From the NCBI GenBank assembly GCA_011065125.1, contig JAAKFI010000003.1, forward strand, positions 13,435 through 77,434: DNA of 64,000 nucleotides, written 5' to 3'. The notes under the pieces are model-generated. The model was given only the letters and a program-made list of their open reading frames with translations, was not told the origin of the DNA and made no database searches. The translations under genes and the position numbers were made by a program. Every line of letters begins with the position of its first letter. Position 1 is the first letter of the stretch. This stretch comes from Candidatus Anoxychlamydiales bacterium (GTDB lineage Bacteria > Chlamydiota > Chlamydiia > Chlamydiales > SM23-39). Shown in pieces: positions 37,150 through 46,708 of this stretch.

Positions 37150-39504
37150 TTAAAATTGTGTTCCCATAGAGAAAAATAATCTTTGTTGATCACTATGGTG
37201 GTTAGCATTTATAGGATAACCCCATCCAACCGTTATTGGTACTCTGTTCATAACTTCTAAACGAACTCCAATTCCTGTTGAAGCGTTTATTTTACTTACT
37301 GAAAATTCTGAAAATTTTATTGATCCAGCATCAACAAATACAAATACATCTAAAAGTGGTCTTATAACTTCTTGTAGATATTCAATGGAAAGTAATACAG
37401 ATGAAGTACCACCTTTTGGTGCATCTTTATCATCTTTAATCATTCTAGGTCCAATAATGTATGGTTTATAGCCTCTAACAGTTGTTTCACCACCTAAGAA
37501 GAATCTTTCACTGATAGGTATTTTTTTCTCTTTTAAAGAACCAATTGCAGTGATAAATCTTAAGTTAGTTTTATATTTTAATGTACCTCTTGACCAAAGA
37601 GAGTAGTAGAAAGCATTTAAATATTGAATTTTATAAAAATCATAATCTCCACCAATCCCAACATATTCCATGTCTAGAGAGGATCTTAGACCTTTATGTG
37701 GTTTATATGAATTGTCAGTAGAATCATAATTTAAAACGCCGCCAAGACCAGATATAAGACCATCAGTATCGTTTTTAGCTGCTTTTGTAGATGTTTTAAT
37801 GTCTTCTTCAGATCTTCCTCTTGTTTTTACTATGTTATCAGTATGTCTTGCTCTATATTTGAAACCATAACTTAAAAAATTACTAAGTGGATATGAAGTA
37901 TAAACAGATCCACCATAAGTTTTTATTTTATAATGAGGGGATTGAAGTCTGCTAAATGTTCCACTAAATTCAGTACCAAATCTCCAAAGTGTATCATTAA
38001 AATATGGAGTCATCCAATTCAATGAATAGTTTTTTTGTCTTTTACCTAAGGTACCTTTTACTTGTGCATATTCCCCACCACCTCTAAATGCTGAAGGTCC
38101 TTCAGAAAAGATTCTATATAAACCTCTATGATCAAAGTTGTTTTCAGTAAGATCGAGTGTGCCGCTTACATTTTCTGATGTGTTAAATCCAGCAGATAGT
38201 GATGCATGTCCGGTTGATTCTTCTTCAACTTCTATGTGTACATCTCTATAGTTTGCACCTAGTGCTGGATCTGTTGATTGTGTTGCATATACATTTACAC
38301 TTTTAAAATATCCAATATTTTGAAGTCTGTTTTGTGTAGCATTTAATTTTCTTATATCAAATGTTTCACCAGGAATTAAAAGGGACTCTCTTAAAATAAC
38401 GGAAGTTCTAGTAGATTTATTACCATATATTTTAATAAGACCTATTTTATAACAATCTCCTTCATCAATATAGAAATTTACGTTATATACAGGTTCGTTT
38501 TCTAAAAGCATTGTTTCATAATATACTTGAGTTTCGATGTACCCTTTAGATCCATAAAGATCTTTTATAGATTGGGATGTTTGTCTTATTTTTTCAGATG
38601 AAAATGTATCATTTGGATGAATAATAAAAGATTTTAAAATTTCATCATTTGTTAAAAGAGTATTCCCATCAAATGTTATTTTCCCAAATCTATATAAAGT
38701 TCCTCTATGTGCTATGATTTCTATAATTAATTTTTTAGATTCAGGATCTTCTAAAATATTAATATCTACTTTTGCATCAGCATAGCCTTTGTTTTGAAGA
38801 TAATTAATGATTACAACTTTATCTTGTTCTACTCCATCTTCTTTAAATGTACCAGTTCCATTAAACCAACTAGTTAAAAAATTATATTTTTTTGTAAATA
38901 TGATATCTTGAACATCACTTTTTTCTTTTTTAGTAAATCCTTTAAAAACTATTTTTTTTACTTTTCCGATTCTTCCTTCTTTAATAAATATATCTATTTT
39001 AACTTCGGTTCTAGTTAGATAAGAAACTTTATAGTTGATATCAAAATCAAAATATCCTTTTTTTAAGTAGAATTCTTTAACTTTTAATATTGCTTTGTTA
39101 AATGTTTCTCTGTTGTATATCTCGTTTGGTTTTATATTTAGTTCTTTTTGAAGTTTAGATGTTTTAATTTTTGAATTTCCATGAAAATTTATTTTTCTGA
39201 TAACAGGTCTTTGCCATAGTTTAATAGTTATGTAGACTTTAGAATCTTTTGTGTTAACTTCAGGCTCAATCCTGTCAAAGTCTAAAGATAATTTTTTAAT
39301 ATCATTATCAAATATGTTTTGGAAGAATAGATCGCCCTTTTTAGTTTGTAATTTTTGAAGTATGTTTTTTTTATTAAAACTTACATTATTACTGGGGTTT
39401 TCTAAAACAATTTTTACATCTGCAATTTCTTGATTTTCATAATTGTTTGCAAAAATTTGTGTAACTGAAAAAAATAAAACTATTAAAGAAAAAAGCTTTT
39501 TCAT
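37150..39504 (-). CDS. bamA: Outer-membrane protein assembly factor BamA (Omp85)
   Basis: 784 aa. Signal peptide, repeated POTRA modules, and a C-terminal barrel (RGY..., ending ...FSMGTQF). Confidence 0.92.
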   Translation of the reverse strand: MKKLFSLIVLFFSVTQIFANNYENQEIADVKIVLENPSNNVSFNKKNILQKLQTKKGDLFFQNIFDNDIKKLSLDFDRIEPEVNTKDSKVYITIKLWQRPVIRKINFHGNSKIKTSKLQKELNIKPNEIYNRETFNKAILKVKEFYLKKGYFDFDINYKVSYLTRTEVKIDIFIKEGRIGKVKKIVFKGFTKKEKSDVQDIIFTKKYNFLTSWFNGTGTFKEDGVEQDKVVIINYLQNKGYADAKVDINILEDPESKKLIIEIIAHRGTLYRFGKITFDGNTLLTNDEILKSFIIHPNDTFSSEKIRQTSQSIKDLYGSKGYIETQVYYETMLLENEPVYNVNFYIDEGDCYKIGLIKIYGNKSTRTSVILRESLLIPGETFDIRKLNATQNRLQNIGYFKSVNVYATQSTDPALGANYRDVHIEVEEESTGHASLSAGFNTSENVSGTLDLTENNFDHRGLYRIFSEGPSAFRGGGEYAQVKGTLGKRQKNYSLNWMTPYFNDTLWRFGTEFSGTFSRLQSPHYKIKTYGGSVYTSYPLSNFLSYGFKYRARHTDNIVKTRGRSEEDIKTSTKAAKNDTDGLISGLGGVLNYDSTDNSYKPHKGLRSSLDMEYVGIGGDYDFYKIQYLNAFYYSLWSRGTLKYKTNLRFITAIGSLKEKKIPISERFFLGGETTVRGYKPYIIGPRMIKDDKDAPKGGTSSVLLSIEYLQEVIRPLLDVFVFVDAGSIKFSEFSVSKINASTGIGVRLEVMNRVPITVGWGYPINANHHSDQQRLFFSMGTQF

Positions 39505-39573
39505 TTTTTTATATTCCTGTTATTAGACTATTTGGATAATTATATAGCTCTATTAAAAAAAAAGCAATAGATC

Positions 39574-40158
39574 CTAATATTTTTGTCTTCCAATAAACGC
39601 TTGAGTGAGTGTTCCTTCATCAACATATTCCAAACTACTACCCATAGGCATCCCAAAGGCTAGCCTTGATATTTTTACATTAAAATTTTTTAATTCTTCT
39701 TTTATATAAAGTGATGTAGCATCACCTTCAATCGTTGAATCTAGAGCAATAATTACTTCTTGTATTTCACTATTTATGATTCTGTTTTTTAAATTTGTTA
39801 AATCTAAATCTTGATCATCTATTGGTGAATATAAATGATCAAGAACATGATATAACCCTTTAAAAGAATTAGTAGCTTCTAATAAATAGATATCTCTAAA
39901 TGATGAAACTATACACAGTAAAGATTCATCTCTCATATTTTTGTCACAAAACATACAATCATTATTTGATTTTAAGCAGCCACATGTTTGACAAGTAAAA
40001 ATTTTATTTTTAAATTCTTTTAAAAGGTCACCTAAATCTTTTAATTCGCTGTCTCCCCATTTAATCATTTCAAAAGAGAATCTCTCAGCTGTTTTGCTGC
40101 CAACGCCTGGAAGTTTTTTTAAATAAGAAATTAATTTAATTAGATCTTTTGGATACAT
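39574..40158 (-). CDS. recR: Recombination protein RecR
   Basis: HhH LPGVGSKTAERF, Cys4 zinc finger CQTCGC...CMFC, and a Toprim region. Confidence 0.95.
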   Translation of the reverse strand: MYPKDLIKLISYLKKLPGVGSKTAERFSFEMIKWGDSELKDLGDLLKEFKNKIFTCQTCGCLKSNNDCMFCDKNMRDESLLCIVSSFRDIYLLEATNSFKGLYHVLDHLYSPIDDQDLDLTNLKNRIINSEIQEVIIALDSTIEGDATSLYIKEELKNFNVKISRLAFGMPMGSSLEYVDEGTLTQAFIGRQKY

Positions 40159-40323
40159 TATTAATACTTTTTTTAAATTTAATATATCAAAATTATTAAT
40201 TATAAAAAAGCCAAACTATATAAAAATAAAAATTTAATTTTATAAAAAATGCCCAATTTTACTTTCTATTTAGCGAAAAATAGGTTAAAATATCTTAAGT
40301 TAAGTTAAATGTAGGGACATGTA

Positions 40324-41316
40324 GTGGATAAAGCAAAAATTATTGGGACAGGAAAATACTTCCCAAAAAAAGTTTTGACAAATGAAGATCTTGAAAAAAA
40401 ATTAGATACCTCAGATGAATGGATTAGAACTAGAACTGGTATAAAAGAAAGAAGGATTGCAGGGGCAAACGAATACACATCAGATATGGGATATAAAGCG
40501 GCACTTGAAGCTATTGAAGATGCAAAAATATCAAAAGATGAAATCGATTTTATATTAGTTGCAACACTTACTCCAGATTATATATTTCCTTCAACGGCTT
40601 GCTTGATTCAAGCTAAATTAGATATAAAAAATACAGCGGCCTTAGACATTCAAGCAGCTTGTTCCGGGTATATATATGCTCTTTCTTTGGCAAAAGCTTT
40701 AATCGAACAAAATCAATACAAGAATATTTTAATAATAGCATCTGAAAAGTTATCTTCAATTGTTAATTATGAAGATAGAACAACTGCTATTTTATTTGGA
40801 GATGCTGCCACAGCATGTATTGTTAGCAAACAAAAAAAAGGTTATGAAATAGAAAGTGTTTATTTAGGATCTGATGGAAAAGAAGCTAATCTTTTAATTC
40901 AACCAGCTGGTGGTTCTAGAAATCCAGCTACACATGAGACGGTAGAAAAGAAAATGCACTACATTCAAATGAGCGGCAGAGATGTTTTTAAACATGCTGT
41001 TCGAAGAATGATCGAAGCGTCTGAAAAAGCACTAAGTATGGCAAATTTAAAAGCATCTGATATATCATGGTTAATTCCTCATCAAGCTAATTTAAGAATT
41101 ATAGATGCTATTGCTAAAAGGTTTACTCATTTAGATAAAGAAAAAATATTTAAAGAAGTAGTTTATAAATTTGGAAATACATCAGCCTCATCAGTTGGTA
41201 TAGCACTGGATATGTTAAAAAAAGAAAATAAAATAAAAACTAATGAAAATATTTTACTTACAGCGTTTGGAGCAGGATTTACGTTTGGTAGTGCTGTTTT
41301 AAGAAAAATAGGTTAA
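40324..41316 (+). CDS. fabH: 3-oxoacyl-ACP synthase III
   Basis: Active-site ACSGYIYAL, HQAN, and GNTSASS. GTG start. Confidence 0.95.
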   Translation: MDKAKIIGTGKYFPKKVLTNEDLEKKLDTSDEWIRTRTGIKERRIAGANEYTSDMGYKAALEAIEDAKISKDEIDFILVATLTPDYIFPSTACLIQAKLDIKNTAALDIQAACSGYIYALSLAKALIEQNQYKNILIIASEKLSSIVNYEDRTTAILFGDAATACIVSKQKKGYEIESVYLGSDGKEANLLIQPAGGSRNPATHETVEKKMHYIQMSGRDVFKHAVRRMIEASEKALSMANLKASDISWLIPHQANLRIIDAIAKRFTHLDKEKIFKEVVYKFGNTSASSVGIALDMLKKENKIKTNENILLTAFGAGFTFGSAVLRKIG

Positions 41317-41319
41317 AAA

Positions 41320-42240
41320 ATGAAAAAAATAGCATTTATCTTTCCCGGTCAAGGATCCCAAGTAGTTTCAATGGGGAAAAAATTTTATGAAAAATATTTA
41401 GCTTCTAAAAAAATATTTGATCAAGCAGATGAAATTTTAGGTTATAAAATTTCTGATATAATGTTTAACGGACCTGAAGAAACTCTTACTAAAACATTAA
41501 ATTCTCAGCTTGCTATTTTTATAAATAGCGTAGCTATTTTGGAAGCTTTTAAAGATTTATATCCATCTATTCAACCAATAGTTGTAGCAGGACTTAGTTT
41601 AGGGGAGTATAGTGCTTTATATGCTGCAAATAAAATATCTTTTATTGATGCTATTAATCTTATTAAAAAAAGAGCTGCCTATATGGAAGAAGCGTGCAAC
41701 AAAACAAATGGCACAATGGCAGCTGTTCTTGGTCTTGATGTAAAAAAAATAAAAGAAGTTATTAAAGATATAGATGATGTATATCTAGCAAATTTAAATA
41801 CTCCAAATCAAATGGTGATATCTGGATCAAAGGATGGAGTTAATAAAGCATGTACACTTTTAAAAGAAAACGGAGCTAAAAGAGCAATTGAATTGAAAGT
41901 ATCTGGAGCCTTTCATTCATCTTTTATGAAAGAAGCTGAAGATAAATTAAAAGAAGATATTTTAAATGCAAATTTTAAAGAATCTGATATTGATATTGTA
42001 ATGAATGTTACAAAAGATTTTCCAAAAAGTATTGAAAATATTAAAATAAATTTGATAAAACAGATATCTTCAAGCGTTAGATGGTATGAAAGTATTAATA
42101 AAATGGATGAGTTGGTAGATTTGTTTATTGAATTTGGATCAAAGACTCTTAGCTCTATGAATAAAAAAATTAAAGTAAATTCAAATTCTATCTTTATTGA
42201 TAAGATTGAGGATTTAGAAAATTTAAAAGAGGTTTTATAA
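41320..42240 (+). CDS. fabD: Malonyl-CoA:ACP transacylase
   Basis: FPGQGSQ, GLSLGEYSAL, and GAFHS. Confidence 0.95.
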   Translation: MKKIAFIFPGQGSQVVSMGKKFYEKYLASKKIFDQADEILGYKISDIMFNGPEETLTKTLNSQLAIFINSVAILEAFKDLYPSIQPIVVAGLSLGEYSALYAANKISFIDAINLIKKRAAYMEEACNKTNGTMAAVLGLDVKKIKEVIKDIDDVYLANLNTPNQMVISGSKDGVNKACTLLKENGAKRAIELKVSGAFHSSFMKEAEDKLKEDILNANFKESDIDIVMNVTKDFPKSIENIKINLIKQISSSVRWYESINKMDELVDLFIEFGSKTLSSMNKKIKVNSNSIFIDKIEDLENLKEVL

Positions 42241-42241
42241 A

Positions 42242-42994
42242 ATGTTACTTAAAAATAAAAATGCAATTATAACTGGTGCCTCTTCTGGAATTGGAAAACA
42301 AATTGCTAAAGTCTTTATTCAAAATGGAGCAAATGTAGCAATTATAGCAACTAGTATGGAAAGACTTTCTCAAGCAAAAAAAGAACTAGAAGATATAAAA
42401 AAAGATCCAAATCAAAAAATAATTCTAAAAGATATTGATGTATCAGCCTATAAGGATGTAGAAGAAAAATTTAATGAAATATTAAAAGAATTTGTTCATA
42501 TTGATATTTTAGTAAATAATGCCGGAATCACAAGAGATAATTTACTTCTTAGAATGAAAGAAGAAGATTTTGATAGAGTAATTGCAGTTAATTTAAAATC
42601 TATTTACAATACGTGTAAAGTAATTATTAGACCAATGATGAAAGCTAGAAAGGGAAAAATTATAAGTATTAGCTCAGTAATTGGTCAAATAGGGAATGCA
42701 GGGCAAACAAATTATGCTGCATCTAAAGCTGGAATTTTAGGGTTTACAAAATCCCTTGCTAAAGAAATAGGATCTAGAAATATATGTGTAAATGCAATAG
42801 CTCCAGGATTTATAGAAACTAAAATGACAGATGAATTAGACGAAAACTTAAAAAAACAAATGTTACAAAATTTACCATTAAACCGTCTTGGAAAAACTAA
42901 AGATGTAGCTGATCTAGCTTTATTTTTAGCATCTGATATGTCTGATTATATAACAGGACAAGTTATAAATGTAGATGGCGGAATGGTTACATAA
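42242..42994 (+). CDS. fabG: 3-oxoacyl-ACP reductase
   Basis: TGASSGIGK, NNAG, and Y..SK (NYAASKAG). Confidence 0.95.
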   Translation: MLLKNKNAIITGASSGIGKQIAKVFIQNGANVAIIATSMERLSQAKKELEDIKKDPNQKIILKDIDVSAYKDVEEKFNEILKEFVHIDILVNNAGITRDNLLLRMKEEDFDRVIAVNLKSIYNTCKVIIRPMMKARKGKIISISSVIGQIGNAGQTNYAASKAGILGFTKSLAKEIGSRNICVNAIAPGFIETKMTDELDENLKKQMLQNLPLNRLGKTKDVADLALFLASDMSDYITGQVINVDGGMVT

Positions 42995-43025
42995 AGTTAT
43001 AAAAAAACCTATAATGTGAGGGAAT

Positions 43026-43268
43026 ATGTCACTTGAACAAGACGTGATAGATATAATTGTAGAGCAGCTAGGAGTAGATGCTGCTGATGTAAGTAGAGAA
43101 AAATCTTTTGTAGAAGATTTAAATGCAGACTCTTTAGATTTAACAGAACTGATCATGACTTTCGAAGAGAGATTTGGTTTTGAAATTTCTGAAGAAGACG
43201 CAGAGAAATTAAAAACAGTAAATGATGTAATTACTTACATTGAAAATAAGCAAAAAGAAAATGCTTAA
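43026..43268 (+). CDS. acpP: Acyl carrier protein
   Basis: [13 protein letters not shown] contains the phosphopantetheine-attachment DSL motif. Confidence 0.95.
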   Translation: MSLEQDVIDIIVEQLGVDAADVSREKSFVEDLNADSLDLTELIMTFEERFGFEISEEDAEKLKTVNDVITYIENKQKENA

Positions 43269-43280
43269 ACATTTTATCTT

Positions 43281-43309
43281 AAGCCGACGTAACTAGTCGG
43301 CTTTTTTTT
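43281..43309. terminator. Bidirectional intrinsic terminator after acpP
   Basis: aagccgac (43281-88) / gtcggctt (43296-303), with a 7-nt loop and a T8 run. The convergent gene ends at 43314. Confidence 0.85.
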
Positions 43310-43313
43310 AAAC

Positions 43314-43739
43314 TTATCTAACTTTTCTAAAGGTTATATTCTTTGAGTAAGATTGTAAAAGAGCAATCCCAATGCTTGGACATTCAGATATTATTGTTAA
43401 AAGATTTGACTTAGAAAGAGTTAAAAGAAGTGTGTCTTTTTGACATCTAGCCATATATGATCTAGGAAGCTCATTAAATAAAGATTCATCACCAAAAAAA
43501 TCACTTTCTTTTAGAGTAGATATTACATTTTCATTTTCATCTAAAATTTCAACACTTCCTTTAGCAATTATATACATTCTACTAGCAATTTGATTTACAT
43601 CGAATATTTTCTCGTTTTCATCAAATATTTCCTGATGCATTTTATCAGCAATAGCTATCAATATATCTAAATCTAAATCTTCGAAAAGATTTATGCTTTT
43701 TAATAAAAATGTAACTGAAATTAAACTTATTTCTTTCAT
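43314..43739 (-). CDS. Stand-alone cyclic-nucleotide-binding (CNB/CAP-effector) domain protein
   Basis: 141 aa. MYIIAKGSVEI...DFFGDESLFNELPRSYMARC is a beta-roll with an intact phosphate-binding cassette (FG.E....PRS.A). No HTH or other output domain. Its ATG overlaps the upstream stop (ATGA). Confidence 0.8.
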   Translation of the reverse strand: MKEISLISVTFLLKSINLFEDLDLDILIAIADKMHQEIFDENEKIFDVNQIASRMYIIAKGSVEILDENENVISTLKESDFFGDESLFNELPRSYMARCQKDTLLLTLSKSNLLTIISECPSIGIALLQSYSKNITFRKVR

Positions 43740-46516
43740 GATTCTAATAACTCATATGCATATTGGTTTAAGGATTCATTTGATTTTTTAATTTTTTCTT
43801 TAATAGATTCTCTCCATTGAGGCATTTTAAGTTTTGCTTTTAAATGCATGGATATAATTTTATCAAAGGAAGAGGTGGATTCTTCTAGAAAATCTAAGAG
43901 TTCACTTAATGTAAGATTTGGATTTTCTAAAATTTTTTTTGCATCTTCTAATTTATATTCAAGTGGGATAGCTTCTATTAAATTAGATATTTTTTTATAG
44001 ATTTTAGCTGTAATATTTTTTTCTAAAGTTTCTATGGCATGAGCTTGATTTTTTGCATTTTTAGAATGCAAAGCTTTAATAACTAGACTAACATCTTCAA
44101 TTGGAGAAGCTGAACCTAATAGATGAAGTATAAAATCAATTACTGATCTATAAGCTGCAAGTAATTCATTTCTAAGAAGTGGTAGTTCATATAATGGATA
44201 TAACATTTTAAGTTTGTTACCAAAATAGAAATAAAAATTTGCTCTTTTGATTTCAGTATCTATAATTTCTGGTATAATATCTCTTAGTTGTTTTATTGAT
44301 AATTTTCCAAGGATTTTAGCAGCTAATATTTTAGATCTGTTATTTAGTTTTACATCTTTTATAATGGTTATTAAAACAGAAATGGATTTCGCTCCCATTT
44401 TTAAAATTGTTTTCTCAACCTCTCTTTTTTCAGATGGTCTAAATAACTTAGAGAAAATAATTATATCTTCAACTGTTCTATAATCGCGAATATTTCCAAG
44501 AGCCTGAAGTAAATTAATTCTTATAAAAACATCAGATATATTTTTTATAGCATCTAATATTTTAAAAGAGTGTTTTCTATCAGCTTCATCTGTTATTTGA
44601 GAAAGAGCAAATGAGGATTTTCTTTGAACTTTTAAATTATCAAAAGTTAAATACTCAACTACCATGTCAACGGCTTCATCTGTATCATCATGATTTAATA
44701 TGTCAAGGCCAGTACATATTTCATCAATGTTATCATATTCAAAGAGTAGATCTATTTCTTTTTTAGCTAATTTTTTATTTTCTATTTCTGTAGATATTTC
44801 TCTATTATATATTGAATGTTTCAATGATATTATTGCAGATGCTCGTAAATTTAAATCTTTTGAAGATAAGTAATGCTTTATCTCATCTGGATGCAAAAGA
44901 CCTTTTTTTGCTAAATATAAAGTTGATTTACTTAAGATCCTTTTGTCTTTTTCAAAAGTCATCCAAAATTTTATAACCTCTAAAACATCTCTTTCTTGAG
45001 AGAAAATAGAATTTTCAAAAAGATTCAAAGCTTTAATTTTATAATTTATTGATTCTTTATTTACCTTGGATAAAATTTTAGAAAGTAAACTCTTATCTTT
45101 AAGCTCCAAAAGAGTTTTTAGGGCAAGCAGTTTTATAGATTCATCTTTTGATTTTAATGAAATAAATAAGTCTTTTATAGTTTCTTTCTTTTCTTTTTTT
45201 GAAAATTTATTTATCCAGTCTTTCGTTTTTTTATCAAAATGTACTTCATTTTGTTTTAAACTTGTAAAAATAGATTTTGGGTATAAATATCTAATAACTA
45301 AAGAAAAAATAATAAAAAATACAGATAGTATAAAACCAAAATGTTTATTATCGGATTTCAAGAACATTAAAATAATAGAACTAAAAAGCATACCTATTGG
45401 TTCAAAAAAAGAATCATTTATAATCCTAAGAGGATTTTTTAATTTGGCAGGGGATGCTTTTATCAAAAGATTAAAATTATTATCTTCTAAAGTATATAAA
45501 ATACCTTCTACCGCAATGACAGCGAAAATAGCTAGCATTAATGAATCAATCATCATCCAGTTAGAATATAAACTCATAAAATAAATAGGTGGAAGAAGTA
45601 TTAAATTTCCAAGACCAATTCTTCTTACAATATTCCTATAAAAAAACAGACCAATAATAATATTACCAATTGAAATATATGCTTTACATTTTCCTAAAAA
45701 CGCAGTTAGTAATATTTTATCATTTATCAAATCATTGCTAAAAACTTTCTCTAAAGAGGAAACATAGTTACATTGGGTTGTTGTTAAAAGAAATCTTACT
45801 ATTAAACTAGTAGCTACTAGCGCTATAGAAAATTTGGAATTTATAAATTCTTTAAAAATACTTTGCATGTTTTTTTTGCCACTTGCAAATATTCCCTCTA
45901 CCCCATCATCTTCCATGGCAGGTACTGTTTTAGATATTTTTTTAGCTTTTAAAATAGAATAAATCATAGTAATAACAACTAAGATGTATAAAGGAGCGTA
46001 ACCAATATATTTAAGTAAATAATAAATTAAAAATCCAGAGATTATAAAACCTAAAAAATAAGCTGAGTTATATAAAGCATAGACTCTCTTAGCATCTTGT
46101 AGATCATGATATTGATCAATAAATATCCAAAAACATGCAGTTAAAGCCGAGCTAAAAGAATAAGAAAAGATCTGCAGGAAAAACCAGAACATTCTTGGAG
46201 GATCAGTAAGTAAAATAATAGATATTAGTGAATATACAATGGCCGCTATCCACATTGTAGTAATCATTATTTTATAAGGTGAAGTAAATCTTAAAAAATA
46301 CATATATAAGCATGATACTATTATCATGGCAAAAGAAGTTATCATATAGGTGTTTGGAAGCATGGCAGCTCCGATTTTTTGAGTAAATTGACCAAGTGCT
46401 AGCGTTTCTGCTATGCAAGAGCCAATAGCCCAAATTATTCCAAGTTTCACAAAACTCATAATGTTTTTAGATTCACCTGGAAAAACACCGAATATTTTTC
46501 TAAAAAAAACTTTCAC
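43736..46516 (-). CDS. TLC/NTT (ATP/ADP-translocase-like) polytopic permease fused to a ~500-aa HEAT/armadillo-like repeat domain
   Basis: The N-terminal ~420 aa form about 11-12 TM helices. FWIFIDQYHDLQDAKRVYALYNSAYFLG resembles the NTT-family FW.FAN....EAKRFY.LFG.GAN block. The C-terminal half has repeated ~30-40-aa helical units (LKALKTLLELKDKS..., LRASAIISLKHS..., RKSSFALSQI..., RINLLQALGNI..., AKILGKL...). Confidence 0.7.
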   Translation of the reverse strand: MKVFFRKIFGVFPGESKNIMSFVKLGIIWAIGSCIAETLALGQFTQKIGAAMLPNTYMITSFAMIIVSCLYMYFLRFTSPYKIMITTMWIAAIVYSLISIILLTDPPRMFWFFLQIFSYSFSSALTACFWIFIDQYHDLQDAKRVYALYNSAYFLGFIISGFLIYYLLKYIGYAPLYILVVITMIYSILKAKKISKTVPAMEDDGVEGIFASGKKNMQSIFKEFINSKFSIALVATSLIVRFLLTTTQCNYVSSLEKVFSNDLINDKILLTAFLGKCKAYISIGNIIIGLFFYRNIVRRIGLGNLILLPPIYFMSLYSNWMMIDSLMLAIFAVIAVEGILYTLEDNNFNLLIKASPAKLKNPLRIINDSFFEPIGMLFSSIILMFLKSDNKHFGFILSVFFIIFSLVIRYLYPKSIFTSLKQNEVHFDKKTKDWINKFSKKEKKETIKDLFISLKSKDESIKLLALKTLLELKDKSLLSKILSKVNKESINYKIKALNLFENSIFSQERDVLEVIKFWMTFEKDKRILSKSTLYLAKKGLLHPDEIKHYLSSKDLNLRASAIISLKHSIYNREISTEIENKKLAKKEIDLLFEYDNIDEICTGLDILNHDDTDEAVDMVVEYLTFDNLKVQRKSSFALSQITDEADRKHSFKILDAIKNISDVFIRINLLQALGNIRDYRTVEDIIIFSKLFRPSEKREVEKTILKMGAKSISVLITIIKDVKLNNRSKILAAKILGKLSIKQLRDIIPEIIDTEIKRANFYFYFGNKLKMLYPLYELPLLRNELLAAYRSVIDFILHLLGSASPIEDVSLVIKALHSKNAKNQAHAIETLEKNITAKIYKKISNLIEAIPLEYKLEDAKKILENPNLTLSELLDFLEESTSSFDKIISMHLKAKLKMPQWRESIKEKIKKSNESLNQYAYELLES

Positions 46517-46591
46517 AATAAAATATTTTCTTTGATTAATTTATAGGCTACTATTTTATATTGAATTCTATTTTTTTTCTTTTAATTAAAT

Positions 46592-46628
46592 AAAAAAAAA
46601 TGAAAAAACATGAAAAAACATGAAAAAT
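46592..46628. repeat. Tandem decamer (atgaaaaaac x ~2.8) giving four A-tracts phased at 10 bp
   Basis: aaaaaaaaatgaaaaaacatgaaaaaacatgaaaaatt, in the divergent spacer between the NTT-HEAT gene (-) and trxB (+). Confidence 0.8.
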
Positions 46629-46708
46629 TAAATATTAAAATTTTTATCATATTATAAATCAAATAGATTTGTTATATTATATTTTTTAAAAGTAAAAAAA
46701 AAATTATA

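Noticed and set aside
40322-40330. DnaA-box-like agtggataa at the fabH start as a replication origin marker
   Set aside because: It is a single 8/9 match overlapping a start codon. There is no cluster of boxes and no dnaA/dnaN nearby.
45066-45584. 172-aa + strand ORF inside the NTT-HEAT gene (and 44247-44483)
   Set aside because: It is antisense to a 926-aa ORF with recognisable transporter and repeat features. Long antisense ORFs are expected at this AT content.
46592-46628. Decamer repeats as a CRISPR array or minisatellite
   Set aside because: There are fewer than three 10-bp units with no spacers, which is far too short and has the wrong architecture for CRISPR.
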